Below, in pieces: positions 31,101 to 42,289 of a stretch of 64,000 nt of DNA (position 1 is the stretch's first letter; each line of letters starts with the position of its first letter). The translations under genes were made by a program, and so were the position numbers. The DNA lies in the NCBI GenBank assembly GCA_002269645.1, contig NIVC01000022.1:124001-188000 (forward strand), in the 5' to 3' direction. The notes beneath the pieces were generated by a model. The model was given only the letters and a program-made list of their open reading frames with translations, made no database searches and was not told the origin of the DNA. The DNA is from Macrostomum lignano (lineage: Eukaryota).

Positions 31101-34100
31101 AGCGTGAGAAAAGGTTGCGCAAGAGAGGGGGATGAGTCATCGATGAGTCACCGAGGGGGAGAAGGGGTCACACGACTTGCGTCACCGTTTGGGAGTTTGA
31201 GAGGGGATGGGGAGACGGTGAGCACACAAAGTACTGTAAGTAGACACAGGGAAAGAGGGGACAGCGCAGGAAAAGAGTGCAGAGGGAGACAAAAAAAGGA
31301 GGAGGTAGAGAAAGTACAGGAAGAATAGGGCGGGAACAGAAGAGATAGGGTAGAGGGGGAGGTACAGAAAGGGGTAGGGGCTCCGGAAAGGCAGGTGTGG
31401 CGGCAGGAGAGACGGGACCAAGGCAGCAGGAGGGGTGCAGCAGAGCGGGAGTCTCCAGGCCCGGTCGGAGACCTGGCCGAGTCTCGACAGCTCTGTGCAG
31501 AGGGTGCACGGGATAGGAGGCACTTTCGAAAAAGTTCCCATGCCCTATCCCGCGACCAGAGCGTGGTTACATCACGCTGTCTGATTCTATTTGTGGCGCT
31601 GTCTGATTCTAGCTGTGGCGCTGTCTGATTCTAGTTGTGGCGCATTTAATATATGCCTTAACCAGTCTATCAACTTATACGCAGAGATTAATTTCGGTCC
31701 CAAAAATTGTCAAAACCCAGGCTTCCGGTCGTCCATTTGACATCCGGTTCGAACTAGCCAAGGAGAGCGCCAGCAGAATTTACTGCAGGCTGACTGTGGA
31801 GCCTCAAGACACAGCCGAGCCGGCCTCAGCTGACGAAGAATCCGCGTCAACAGCGGAGCTGACGGTGGCGGCCCAGCTGTGGGTTTGCCACGCGGACTGC
31901 GGGCGAGTTCAGCTGGCCGAAGAGGGCGAAGCTTCTGGTGGCGGCTACGTCCGGCTGAGGATGGCCGGTGAGCGCTTGAACTACTCATTATTCAGTAGTA
32001 TCGTTGGCTTTGCTTGTAGATTGAGTTCGGCTTGTATTTTATGATAGCAACTAATAACTCACTGACAGATTTAAGAGGCTCACTCTGAGCAACCTATGAC
32101 AGATCAATGTAAGTACGCACCCCAAACAGTGCCCTAAAAAGCGCCCCAAAAAGTGCCCCAAACACTGCCCCAAACACTGCCCCAAACACTGCCCCAAACA
32201 CTGCCCCAAACACTGCCCCAAACAGTGCCCTAAAAAGCGCCCCAAACACTGCCCCAAACAGTGCCCCAAACAGTGCCCTAAAAAGCGCCCCAAACACTGC
32301 CCCAAACAGTGCCCCAAACAGTGCCCTAAAAAGCGCCCCAAACACTGCCCCAAACAGTGCCCCAACCAGTGCCTCAAACAGTTGCCCCAAACAGTGCCCT
32401 AAAAAGCACCCCAAACACTGCCCCAAACACTGCCCTAAACACTGCCCCAAACACTGCCCCAAACACTGCCCCAAACACTGCCCCAAACACCGCCCTAAAA
32501 AGCGCCCCAAACACTGCCCCAAACAGTGCCCCAAACAGTGCCCTAAAAAGCGCCCCAAACACTGCCCCAAACAGTGCCCCAACCAGTGCCTCAAACAGTT
32601 GCCCCAAACAGTGCCCTAAAAAGCGCCCCAAACACTGCCCCAAACACTGCCCCAAACACTGCCCCAAACAGTGCCCCAAACAGTGCCCCAAACAGTGCCC
32701 CAAACACTGCCCCAAACACTGCCCCAAACAGTGCCCCAAACAGTGCCCTAAAAAGCGCCCCAAACACCGCCCCAAACACTGCCCCAAACACTGCCCCAAA
32801 CACTGCCCCAAACAGTGCCCCAAACAGTGCCCTAAAAAGCGCCCCAAACACTGCCCCAAACACTGCCCCAAACAGTGCCCCAACCAGTGCCTCAAACAGT
32901 TGCCCCAAACAGTGCCCTAAAAAGCGCCCCAAACACTGCCCCAAACAGTGCCCCAAACAGTGCCCTAAAAAGCGCCCCAAACACTGCCCCAAACAGTGCC
33001 CCAACCAGTGCCTCAAACAGTTGCCCCAAACAGTGCCCTAAAAAGCGCCCCAAACACTGCCCCAAACAGTGCCCTAAAAAGCGCCCCAAACACCGCCCCA
33101 AACACTGCCCCAAACACTGCCCCAAACACTGCCCCAAACACTGCCCCAAACAGTGCCCCAACCAGTGCCTCAAACAGTTGCCCCAAACAGTGCCCTAAAA
33201 AGCGCCCCAAACACTGCCCCAAACACTGCCCCAAACAGTGCCCCAAACAGTGCCCCAAACACTGCCCCAAACACTGCCCCAAACACTGCCCCAAACAGTG
33301 CCCCAAACACTGCCCTAAAAAGCGCCCCAAACACCGCCCCAAACACTGCCCCAAACACTGCCCCAAACACTGCCCCAAACACTGCCCCAAACAGTGCCCC
33401 AAACAGTGCCCTAAAAAGCGCCCCAAACACTGCCCCAAACAGTGCCCCAAACAGTGCCCCAACCAGTGCCTCAAACAGTTGCCCCAAACAGTGCCCCAAC
33501 CAGTGCCTCAAACAGTTGCCCCAAACAGTGCCCCAAACAGTGAATCAAACAGTTGCCCCAAACAGTGCTTAAAACAGTGCTCCAAAAAGCTCCCCCCTCT
33601 CCTCCCTCAACACCCGAGCTCAGACGGCTGCCGGGGCCAGGCCTGCGTTCACCTGTCGGACAGACACGAGTCCGAGAAAACCGATCTGCCCGGCGAGGAC
33701 AGCCGTCGCGTTGACAATCTGAAGCTGCACTATTCGTCTGAGCACCTGGAGTCAGTGGTCTTCTGCGCTGAGCCTCAGGTCAGAGTGGGGTGCCTGATGT
33801 CTGAGCTCAGTGCCCTAGTGCCAGGGAGTTCACAGGGCTTTGCGAGGGTGAATCCCTCGTTGCCTGAAGAGGGTGAACAATTCGTTTTCTGAGGTGACCT
33901 TCACGCGTGGCCCCCCGCAGGCTTTGGACCGGCTGATTGTCCACGGCGACTCATCGCTGCTGTGCTCGGACCAGACCGTCGGGTGTCGGGTGGCCCTCAT
34001 CTACCGGCTTCCGCTGGCTCCGACCGGGAGCCAGAGCCTGAGCTTCCTGCTCAGCCCGGCCAGCAGCCCCGGCCCCGACTCCCCAGCCTGGGTCTCCCAG

Positions 34101-37100
34101 CTGATGTCGCAGGCCGCGGCTCTGGCCAGCGACTCGCTGACTCGGCCGGCCGACTGCGGAGCCGAGTTCGACCAGCGCACCGGCTCGCTGATTCGCCGAG
34201 CCCTCTCCGGCCTGCTGTGGAATCGCCAGCTGTGCGGCCAGCAGCCGCTGACATCGACATCGGCGACGGTGTCGGTGAGGGTGTCGATAGCGCCATCTCT
34301 GACGCAGCTGGCCAAGGCGATTCTGGCCATTGTGCCGGACAAGTGGGCGCGGCCGGAGCCGGCCGGCTGGGAGCACGGGCTGCACGCGATCGCGCTGTGT
34401 CGGGTGAGCGGCCGGCTGGCCTTGGCGGAGCTGCGACACCAGTTCGACAGGATGTCCGCAGGCGGCGAGATTCTCGCTGGCGGTGGCGGCGGCGTCATGG
34501 AGCCGCCAGTGTGGCCGCTCGCCCTGCTGGAGTTTCTGCGGTGAGTCCGTCGGGTCCTCGGCAATCCTCACTCAGGTCCTCACCAATTCTCCCTCAGGTC
34601 CTCACCAATTCTCCCTCAGGTCCTCACCAATTCTCCCTCAGGTCCTCACCCATTCTCCCTCAGGTCCTCACCAATTCTCCCTCAGGTCCTCACCAATTCT
34701 CCCTCAGGTCCTCACCAATTCTCCCTCAGGTCCTCACCAATTCTCCCTCAGGTCCTCACCAATTCTCCCTCAGGTCCTCACCAATTCTCCCTCAGAACTT
34801 CACCAATCACTAAGGTCCTCACCAATCACTCAGGTCCTCACCAATCACTCAGGTCCTCACCAATCCCTCAGGTCCTCATAAATTCCTCGGATCCTAACCA
34901 ATCCTCCCCTACGGCTTTGAGTTCCCTATGACGTCATTCGCCCGTTTCCCCAGCCACAACAGCGAGCAGGAGGCGGCCAACGCCACATTCTGCGACCTGC
35001 TGCGCCACCTGCACTGGTGGCTGCTGATTCGCAGAGATGCCGGCCAGCGCAGCACCCTGGACGGCGGAATCCTCGGCCTGCGACACGCCGGCTGGATGGA
35101 TGCCACCGAGCACGACGGCGAGACCAACGATTCGCTGGTCTGGTCCGGCTTCTTCTGCGCTGTGAGTTGAGGGACACCTGCTCATGTGTGCCTTCTGGTC
35201 ACCTGTTCGACTCTCCACCTGTTCGACTCTCCACCTGTTCGACTCTCCACCTGTTCGACTCTCCACCTGTTCGACTCTCCACCTGTTCGACTCTCCACCT
35301 GTTCGACTCTCCACCTGTTCGACTCTCCACCTGTTCGACTCTCCACCTGTTCGACTCTCCACCTGCTCGACTCTCCACCTGTTCGATTCTTCACCTGTTC
35401 GACTCTCCACCTGTTCGACTCTTTACCTCTTCACCTCTTCACCTGTTGTCTACCGGTTCACCTGTCTACCTGTTCACCTATTTACCTGCTCACCTGGCTG
35501 CCAAACTGCCTGATAGATCACTTTCTCACTGGGCATCCCTCACCACAGAAAATGGTGCACCTGGCGGCCCTGCTCCGCCGGCAGGAGCTCAAGTCCCTGC
35601 TAGATTTGTTTAACGCAGCGATGGCTTCACTGCACAACGAGTCCGCCTTCGTAAACGGCCTCTTCCGGCCCAACCTGCTGTCGGATCGGCAGCCGGCCGG
35701 CGAAGCTGCCGATGCCACTGCGACGGCGCTGCCAACTGGCGCCTCGCCTCCTTGCAAGCGCGGCGCCACCTGCTGCTGCGCCTTCGGCCTGGTGCCTCTG
35801 CTGGGCTGCGCCATCGTGCCCCGCGACGGCCTGGCCGCAGACCCGGAGGCGAACACGCTGGTTGACTGGCTGCACTGGCTGGCCAGCCAGGCCTCAGCGT
35901 CGGGCAGCTCGGAAACGCCGTGCTTGTTCGTCCGGGGCGAGGAGTCGCGCGGCCGGATGTTGATCAGCTGGCTGGGGGAGGCCGAGTTCCTGCAGACCTG
36001 CGAGGTGAGCATTTTTATGCGGTTTTATCGCTTCTGATGCCTGCTGTTCCTCGTCTGACATCCTGCTTTATCCTACTGACACCCTGCTTTATCCTACTGA
36101 CACCCTGCTTTATCCTACTGACATCCTGCTTTATCCTACTGACACCCTGCTTTATCCTACTGACACCCTGCTTGATCCTACTGACACCCTGCTTTATCCT
36201 ACTGACACCCTGCTTGATCCTCCTGACACCCTGCTTTATCCTACTGACACCCTGCTTGATCCTCCTGACACCCTGCTTGATCCTCCTGACACCCTGCTTT
36301 ATCCTACTGACACCCTGCTTGATCCTCCTGACACCCTGCTTTATCCTACTGACACCCTGCTTGATCCTCCTGACACCCTGCTTTATCCTACTGACACCCT
36401 GCTTTATCCTACTGACACCCTGCTTTATCCTACTGACACCCTGCTTTATCCTACTGACACCCTGCTTTATCCTACTGACACCCTGCTTTATCCTACTGAC
36501 ACCCTGCTTTATCCTACTGACACCCTGCTTGATCCTACTGACACCCTGCTTTATCCTACTGACACCCTGCTTGATCCTCCTGACACCCTGCTTGATCCTC
36601 CTGACACCGTGCTTGACTCCCCTGACACCCTGCTTGACCCCCTGACACCCTGCTTGACCCCCTGACACCCTGCTTGATCCTCTTGACACCGTGCTTGATC
36701 CTACTGTCACCCAGTTCTATCTTTCTGACACCCAGTTTGTTGATTCTGACACCCAGTTTGTCGATTCTGACACCCAGTTTGTCGATCCTGACACCCAGTT
36801 TGTCGATCCTGACACCCAGTTTGTCGATCCTGACACCCAGTTTGTCGATCCTGACACCCAGTTTGTTGATCCTGACACCCAGTTTGTTGATCCTGACACC
36901 CAGTTTGTTGATCCTGACACCCAGTTTGTTGATCCTGACACCCAGTTTGTTGATCCTGACACCCAGTTTGTCGAATATCGTTCCCTCTAACCTGATGGCA
37001 CTCAATAGAAAATATATATTTCTATTCATTTTGAATCTCGGATCTTCAGGTGCTGTTCGACCCGGCGCACTTCCTCGGGCCGCACGGTCTCCGGTGCACA

Positions 37101-38857
37101 TCCCTGCTGCTCAGCCGGGAGGCCCGGGACTGCGACAACGCCAAGGACGCGCCGTGTCGGCCAGTCGGACGGGCGAGCATCGTCAGCCTGCCTTGGAACT
37201 ACCTGGTGCTGGAGGCGCTGAAGTGCTGGGAGGCGGCCTACGGCCAGCAGCTGCAGCTGGACTATCCCACCGGGTCCGGGATGCGGCACTGCCTGAATGA
37301 CATCATTGTGGACATTTCCCAACGCCTGATGAGCATCTTCGACAATTTTGGTGAGCAGCGGCCGTTCGTGAGATTCAGGTAATAGGTTTAGATTTAGGTT
37401 CAGTTTTCGGATTTGGGTTCAGTTTTCAGATTTAGGTTTAGTTTTCAGATTTAGGTTCAGTTTTCAGATTTAAGTTCAGTTTTAAGATTTAGGTTCAGTT
37501 TTCAGATTTAGGTTCAGTTTTCAGATTTAGGTTCAGTTTTAAGATTTAGGTTCAGGTTTAGATTAAGATTCAGTTTTTAGGTTCAGGTTTAGATTAGGAT
37601 TCAGTTTTTAGATTTAGGTTCAGGTTTAGATTAAGATTCAGTTTTCAGATTTAGGTTCAGTTTTTAGATTTAGGTCCATTTTTTAGATGTAGGTTCAGTT
37701 TTTTTTATTTTGGTTCAGCTTTAGATTTAGGTTTAGTTTTTAGAATTATGTTCAGTTTTTAGATTTAGGTTCAGTTTTTTAATTTAGGTTCAGCTTTAGA
37801 TTTAGGTTCAGTTTTTTATTCAGGTTCAGTTTTCAGATTTAGGTTTAGTTTTTTTATTCAGATTCAGTCTTAGATTAAGATTCAGTTTTTAGATTTAGGA
37901 ATTCAGTTTTTATATTTAGGCTAAGTTTTTTAGATTAAGGTTCAGTTTTTTAGATTTAGGTTCAGTTTTTAGATTCAGGTTCAGTTTTAGATTTAGGTTC
38001 AGTTTTAGATTTAGGTTCAGGTTTAGATTTAGGTTCAGTTTTTTTAGATTCAGGTTCGGGTTCAGATTTAGGTTCAGTTTTAGATTTAGGTTCAGGTTTA
38101 GATTTAGGTTTAGTTTTTTAGATTCAGGTTCAGGTTCAGATTTAGTTACAGGTTTAGACATATTTTTGGTTTTAGATTTTGGTTCCTTTTCAAAATCTTT
38201 CAAGATTTAGTTTCAGGTTTCACATTTAGGTTCAGATTTAGATTTAGTTTCAGTTTTAGATTTTTAGGTTCAGGTTTAGATTTAGGTTCAGGTAAGGATT
38301 TAGGTTTAAGTTCAGATTTAGGTTCAGACAAAGGTTCTTTTTTGGTCAGGTTTAGATTTAGGTTTAGGTTCAGGTTTTTTCGAGTTCAGGTTGAGATCAG
38401 CTTCAGGAATAGGTCTCCAGATTGAACGTTAGACGGATATTCACCCTGAGGTTTACTTAAAATGAGCAGATGTTCGCTGATTGAGAAGTCGTCGGCAGAA
38501 TGTGCGGGGAACTCCGAGCTGCTTGCCTTGATTTGCCCGAAGCCCCCCCAACTGCGCCACCCTTCAGACGAGGACGCGCTGATGCTCCGCGAATACTACG
38601 AGGCTACCAGCGGCCGAGGCGTGGGCGGCCAGCGCACGGGCTGGAGCGGCGTCATCGCCAACATCGCCGAGAATCTGAGCCGTCAGCCGACTCTGGCGGT
38701 GCTCACGAAGCCGGAGCTGCCGCGGACAGTCGGGCAGATCCTGCCGCGCAACTCGGTGGTGCACGGGTTCCGGGAGAGTCTGCGCAGCTCCATCAAGCTG
38801 GACGAGTTCACGCCTGAGCTCAGCTTCGACTGGGACAACGATGAAGATGAGGATTGA
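28116..38857 (+). CDS. Divergent glycoside hydrolase family 63 (MGH1-like / yeast YMR196W-like) protein, ~869 aa, 8 exons
   Basis: Phase-consistent GT-AG exons: 28116-28379, 31721-31967, 33624-33778, 33921-34540, 34954-35161, 35549-36004, 37050-37350, 38499-38857 (2610 nt). Family motifs appear in order: HWGPYL, RDGIFGFC, FDIRFELAK, PDKWARPEPAGWEHGLH (cf. PDKWEYPWYAAWDLAFH), MEPPVW (NPPVH), LHWWLLIRRD..GGILGL (FTWWVNRKD..GGFLGL), AFGLVPLL, FLGPHGLR, LPWNYLVLEAL..YPTGSG, EYYEATSGRGVGGQRTGWSGVI (EYFHGDxGxGxGASHQTGWTGL). The acceptor of the last exon is the least certain. Confidence 0.85.
28406..29357. repeat. 22-bp minisatellite GCTGTCTGATTCTAGTTGTGGC, GH63 intron 1 (resumes 31575-31640 after the LTR)
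   Basis: Direct reading. Confidence 0.95.
29358..31574 (-). mobile_element. Probable solo LTR (2217 bp), Gypsy-like, inserted into the 22-bp satellite
   Basis: Termini TGATGTAACC...GGTTACATCA (10-bp perfect inverted repeat, TG..CA). 4-bp TSD CGCT at 29354-29357 and 31575-31578. TATA-like TATAAAAGG on the minus strand at ~30640. No coding domains recognised. Confidence 0.75.
32117..33580. repeat. ~12-bp satellite TGCCCCAAACA(C/G) with higher-order variants, GH63 intron 2
   Basis: Direct reading. Confidence 0.95.
34566..34880. repeat. 22-bp minisatellite TCAGGTCCTCACCAATTCTCCC, GH63 intron 4
   Basis: Direct reading. Confidence 0.93.
35201..35470. repeat. 16-bp minisatellite CACCTGTTCGACTCTC, GH63 intron 5
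   Basis: Direct reading. Confidence 0.93.
36056..36972. repeat. Two related 21-bp minisatellites (CTGACACCCTGCTTTATCCTA, then CTGACACCCAGTTTGTCGATC), GH63 intron 6
   Basis: Direct reading; the unit switches at ~36700. Confidence 0.95.
37384..38380. repeat. Degenerate ~19-bp T-rich repeat TTCAGTTTTCAGATTTAGG, GH63 intron 7
   Basis: Direct reading. Confidence 0.9.
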
Positions 38858-39049
38858 GAGGCTGGTACTGGGACTTGTACTGTTTTTTGAGTAGACAAGT
38901 TTTTTTAAATAATAAAATGAGATTTCATTTTTTCGCTTGGAAACCAAGCATTTGCTTGTTATGAGGAAATTGCTCAGCTTTCAGTGTAACAGCCATTTTT
39001 TATCTGTTCGGGTCTCCTTGGTGTGCTGTTGGGGGAATTTTGGTGTGCT

Positions 39050-39780
39050 TTTGGATCCCAGTATACCCACGCTCAGTATACTGCGGTCAACTCCAGTGTT
39101 TTCCACAATGAAGTTCTCGCCATCAGCTCCTGCACTGCAGAGCTTCTCGCCACTGGCGCAACCGGTAAGAGCAGCATTTTCCATTCGGATAGCCTTGCAC
39201 GCCATCTGTGGCTGCAGCGTTAACGATCTGCTACAGTCCTTGGCTGTATCAAACTTCTTAATATGTTGGGCTCCACCAACAAAATTAAACTCAAATGGGT
39301 TCCGGGGCATGTTGCGATCCCTTGCAAAAGCTGGCGCCTCCGGCTCCTCTCTCGGGCCTGGACCCGTTGTCCCGATTCCCGGCTGTGTCATCGACTCGGC
39401 GCTGTCCCTCAGCCCTCTCACCAGCTCTGGAAGCTCCTCCTGCGCCTCTCGCGAAGAGACATCCGGGCTGTCACCAGGATCTCCAGGTCACGGTTGCTTC
39501 TCCAGGCACCAGTACCTGCAGGGCAATCTGCAGTTTTTGTAACTCAGGTGACGAAACCGCTGAACATTTTGTCAGCATCTGTCCCGCCTTCACGCGAGCC
39601 AGACTCACTTACCTCGGGCCACACACATCTATTACTGAAGCGTGCAAACCCGAAAACTTTAACCAGCTCATGCGCTACCTCCGGGCCATACACAGGACAC
39701 TCTCCTTTCCAGAGAGCACCATAGCTGCTGGCGACACTGGGGGACCTCCCTGGGCGGCGCCAACCCTTCGTCCATAGCGA
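39050..39780 (+). mobile_element. 5'-truncated, frameshifted non-LTR retrotransposon 3' fragment (RNase H plus CCHC finger; I/R1/LOA-like)
   Basis: SSVFHNEVLAI..IFHSDSLA..GSTNKIKLKWVPGH (RNase H), followed by CSFCNSGDETAEHFVSICPAF (CX2CX7HX4C). Confidence 0.8.
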
Positions 39781-40606
39781 CGCGTCTGCCGTGCAGGGAT
39801 TAGCGGAATGGGCGCTCGCGCCTTCCCGCTGTGTCCCCTCCGGGACAGCCCTGCAGCTGAGTCAAGTGCTGTTGGGGGCACTTTGGTGTGCTGTTGGGGG
39901 TTCATTACAAAATATCCAGGCCTGCTCTCAAAACTGTACGCAGGTGTGTATGAGACAGAAATTAACATACGTTTGGGGGTTTCTTCGATTTGATTTTTAG
40001 GTGGGCGGGGGCACCGCAGGTGCAGCGCAGGTATGTAATTAGGGCGACCTCATGCAAAAATACGCGGGCACTTCCAACACTGGTATTCTCTGCATTATAA
40101 CTGTTAAGCACCCTCTGAGTGCCATTAGCTGTCCTAATTGGTTGATTGGGGCTTTTCCAGCTGGCTTTCCGAACTGCTGGGTAAACTTTACCTGCGCTAA
40201 TTTCTTTGCTCAGCTGGAGGGCCGCAGTAAAATAAGCAGTCGTTGAGTCGGTGAGGAATACCTGGAGTGGGACGTCATGAACTCTGCCCCGAATTCTTTT
40301 CTCGGTCAAATTCCTGGGATTTCTTCGCCAAGAAACTTTGCCGCTATGCGAAATCAAAACTGCTCTCTGAAATCACAAAAATTTAATTTATTCGACTCAG
40401 AGACCAACTTTTGGGGCCCTCGGAGTCCGCACTGAAGCAAAATTATTTTTCACTTCAATAACGAAAACAAAAAACGAAAAACCTGCTTCAGGGCAAAGTG
40501 CAAAACAAATTCGACTCAATGTACGTTTGAGAATGTTCACGAACTCCATCAGCCTAAGCTTTCCTCTCAGACTCGAAGTGACAGCTGCGAGTGTCCGCCA
40601 GCACCA

Positions 40607-41797
40607 TCAGCCAATATTTTCCTGCAGGACTCGCAGCCGCATCTGCGGGTCGATGTACACCTCGTCCAGCTGCCTGGAGAGCGTGTTGTGCTCGCAAATC
40701 CACTCGCCAGGACTGCGTCGATAGCGCAGCCTGCGGGGCGCCAGAGCCGACATCCGGTAGAACGACACGGCCTGGAAGCAGCTCTCCACCTTCACCGGCG
40801 GCAGGCTGCGCGGCGCGTTCCAAAGCGACTTCTCGTAGCTGACCACCGGGTACTTGGTGTCCTCGCCGAAGCGCTTGTTCAGGTGGAAGCTCAGCGTGCA
40901 CGGGTCGTAGAGGTGGCTGTCCTGAGTAGTGTGGGCGCACAGCTGCTGCAGTTTGGGCTTGGCCGCAAAGTAGTAGAGTCCCTGGGCGATGCTGTCCAGA
41001 TCCCAGTCCTGCCAGGTGATGTCCGGGTCCACGATCAGCAGGAGCGATGCCCGGTCGGCCAGGTGCTCGTAGATGTAGTCCAGGTACAGGTTGCGGAGGG
41101 CGGACATGATCAGGCCGCGCTCGACCTCCTCGGAGAAGGTGCGGTTTATTTGGACACCTGGCAGGTGCTGGCGGCCGCTGCCGTAGCGGACGTTGATTTC
41201 GCACGGCAGCGCAGAGTTGACCCGGCCGCAGCCCAGCAGCCGCACATTCGGGTCGGTCAGCGTCATGTTGTACAGGAAGCTGCGAGTCGAGTCCGTCGAG
41301 TCGTTCTCGACCAGCACCAGCCAGGACTCGTTGAACAGAGCTCTGAGGCGCTGGACATTGTGCATGGTGCTCGGCAGGCCGGCCATGCCGTTGCGCACGG
41401 TGGCTGCCACCACCACCGACTGGCTGCGGAGCCACGCCCTGCCGGCCGCTGCTCGGTGCGAGCGGCTCCTGTCGGCTTCGGAGAGCCGCATGAGCGGCAG
41501 CAGAAGGCCGGGCCTGTCGAAGCGGTACAGCGACTCGCGCATGCCGCGGACCAGCTGGTTGTAGTTCTCCTCGAAGGTGCCGTCACGCATTCCCTCTGAC
41601 AGTCCGGAAATTTTATTATCCAAACCGGGGCGCTTCAGCTGCAGGGCGGTCAGCAGTAGGGTCACGGCGACGGCCACCGTGGTGATGCCTATTAGGACAT
41701 TTCGCTCAGTCAACCAGAGAACGCGGCGACTTCCGAGTTGTCTGGAGCGGAAGAGGCTCCCGGAAGTGTTGATCAGACGAAGTCCAGTAATTGGCAT
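40607..41797 (-). CDS. Intronless type II membrane GT-A glycosyltransferase, CAP59/GT69-like (~396 aa)
   Basis: Open frame with GC-rich codons. N-terminal TM VLIGITTVAVAVTLLLTAL. Motifs LVLVENDSTDST, MSALRNLYL, DxD (VDPD), VESCFQAVSFY, ICEH. 3' splice acceptor TTTGTCAG 11 nt before the ATG at 41797. The family assignment rests on motif recall. Confidence 0.8.
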   Translation of the reverse strand: MPITGLRLINTSGSLFRSRQLGSRRVLWLTERNVLIGITTVAVAVTLLLTALQLKRPGLDNKISGLSEGMRDGTFEENYNQLVRGMRESLYRFDRPGLLLPLMRLSEADRSRSHRAAAGRAWLRSQSVVVAATVRNGMAGLPSTMHNVQRLRALFNESWLVLVENDSTDSTRSFLYNMTLTDPNVRLLGCGRVNSALPCEINVRYGSGRQHLPGVQINRTFSEEVERGLIMSALRNLYLDYIYEHLADRASLLLIVDPDITWQDWDLDSIAQGLYYFAAKPKLQQLCAHTTQDSHLYDPCTLSFHLNKRFGEDTKYPVVSYEKSLWNAPRSLPPVKVESCFQAVSFYRMSALAPRRLRYRRSPGEWICEHNTLSRQLDEVYIDPQMRLRVLQENIG

Positions 41798-42289
41798 GGT
41801 TGAACCATCTGACAAAGTTATTATCAATGCTATTTTAGGTTCCCTATGTTTCCGCACTGGCATGTCTTGAAGATATAGAAGGCGAACTTTGGTTTGCAAG
41901 CCTTCTGATTTGGCCGCCCGTCTGATTGGGGAGAAAATCTCAGAAACCAAGCACGAGTGCGTACGCACTGTATCGTGGGCACAGTGTGCACACCAGCCGT
42001 CTGATTGGTTGCGGAGTGGGGTGGGTGAGGCAAACTATACAAATTCACGCACTTATTAATATGAGTTTGGCTGCGCACTTAGTATTGCCAATTTACACTC
42101 GCATCAGTTATTGCAGTCAACTATGAAGTTGAGAATAAATACCTTCAAACGGAAATGCATCAGTTCTATCAATGCCATGATATACAGCCTTTTAAAGTAC
42201 ACGCTAGCAATTTTTGAAGAAGCACTATCCATGAGATCAAGATTTCAAGCATAATACACCCCATTGCCTTGACACAGTGCATCTTAGCT

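Noticed and set aside
32051-33572. CPKH/APNT and CLG-rich ORFs resembling metallothionein or mucin
   Set aside because: 12-bp satellite with frame-shifting variants, located within phase-consistent GH63 intron 2.
28116-38857. Recent bacterial HGT or contamination as the origin of the GH63-like gene
   Set aside because: Seven spliceosomal introns and host-like composition; I also recall YMR196W-like genes in other invertebrates, so vertical inheritance is plausible.
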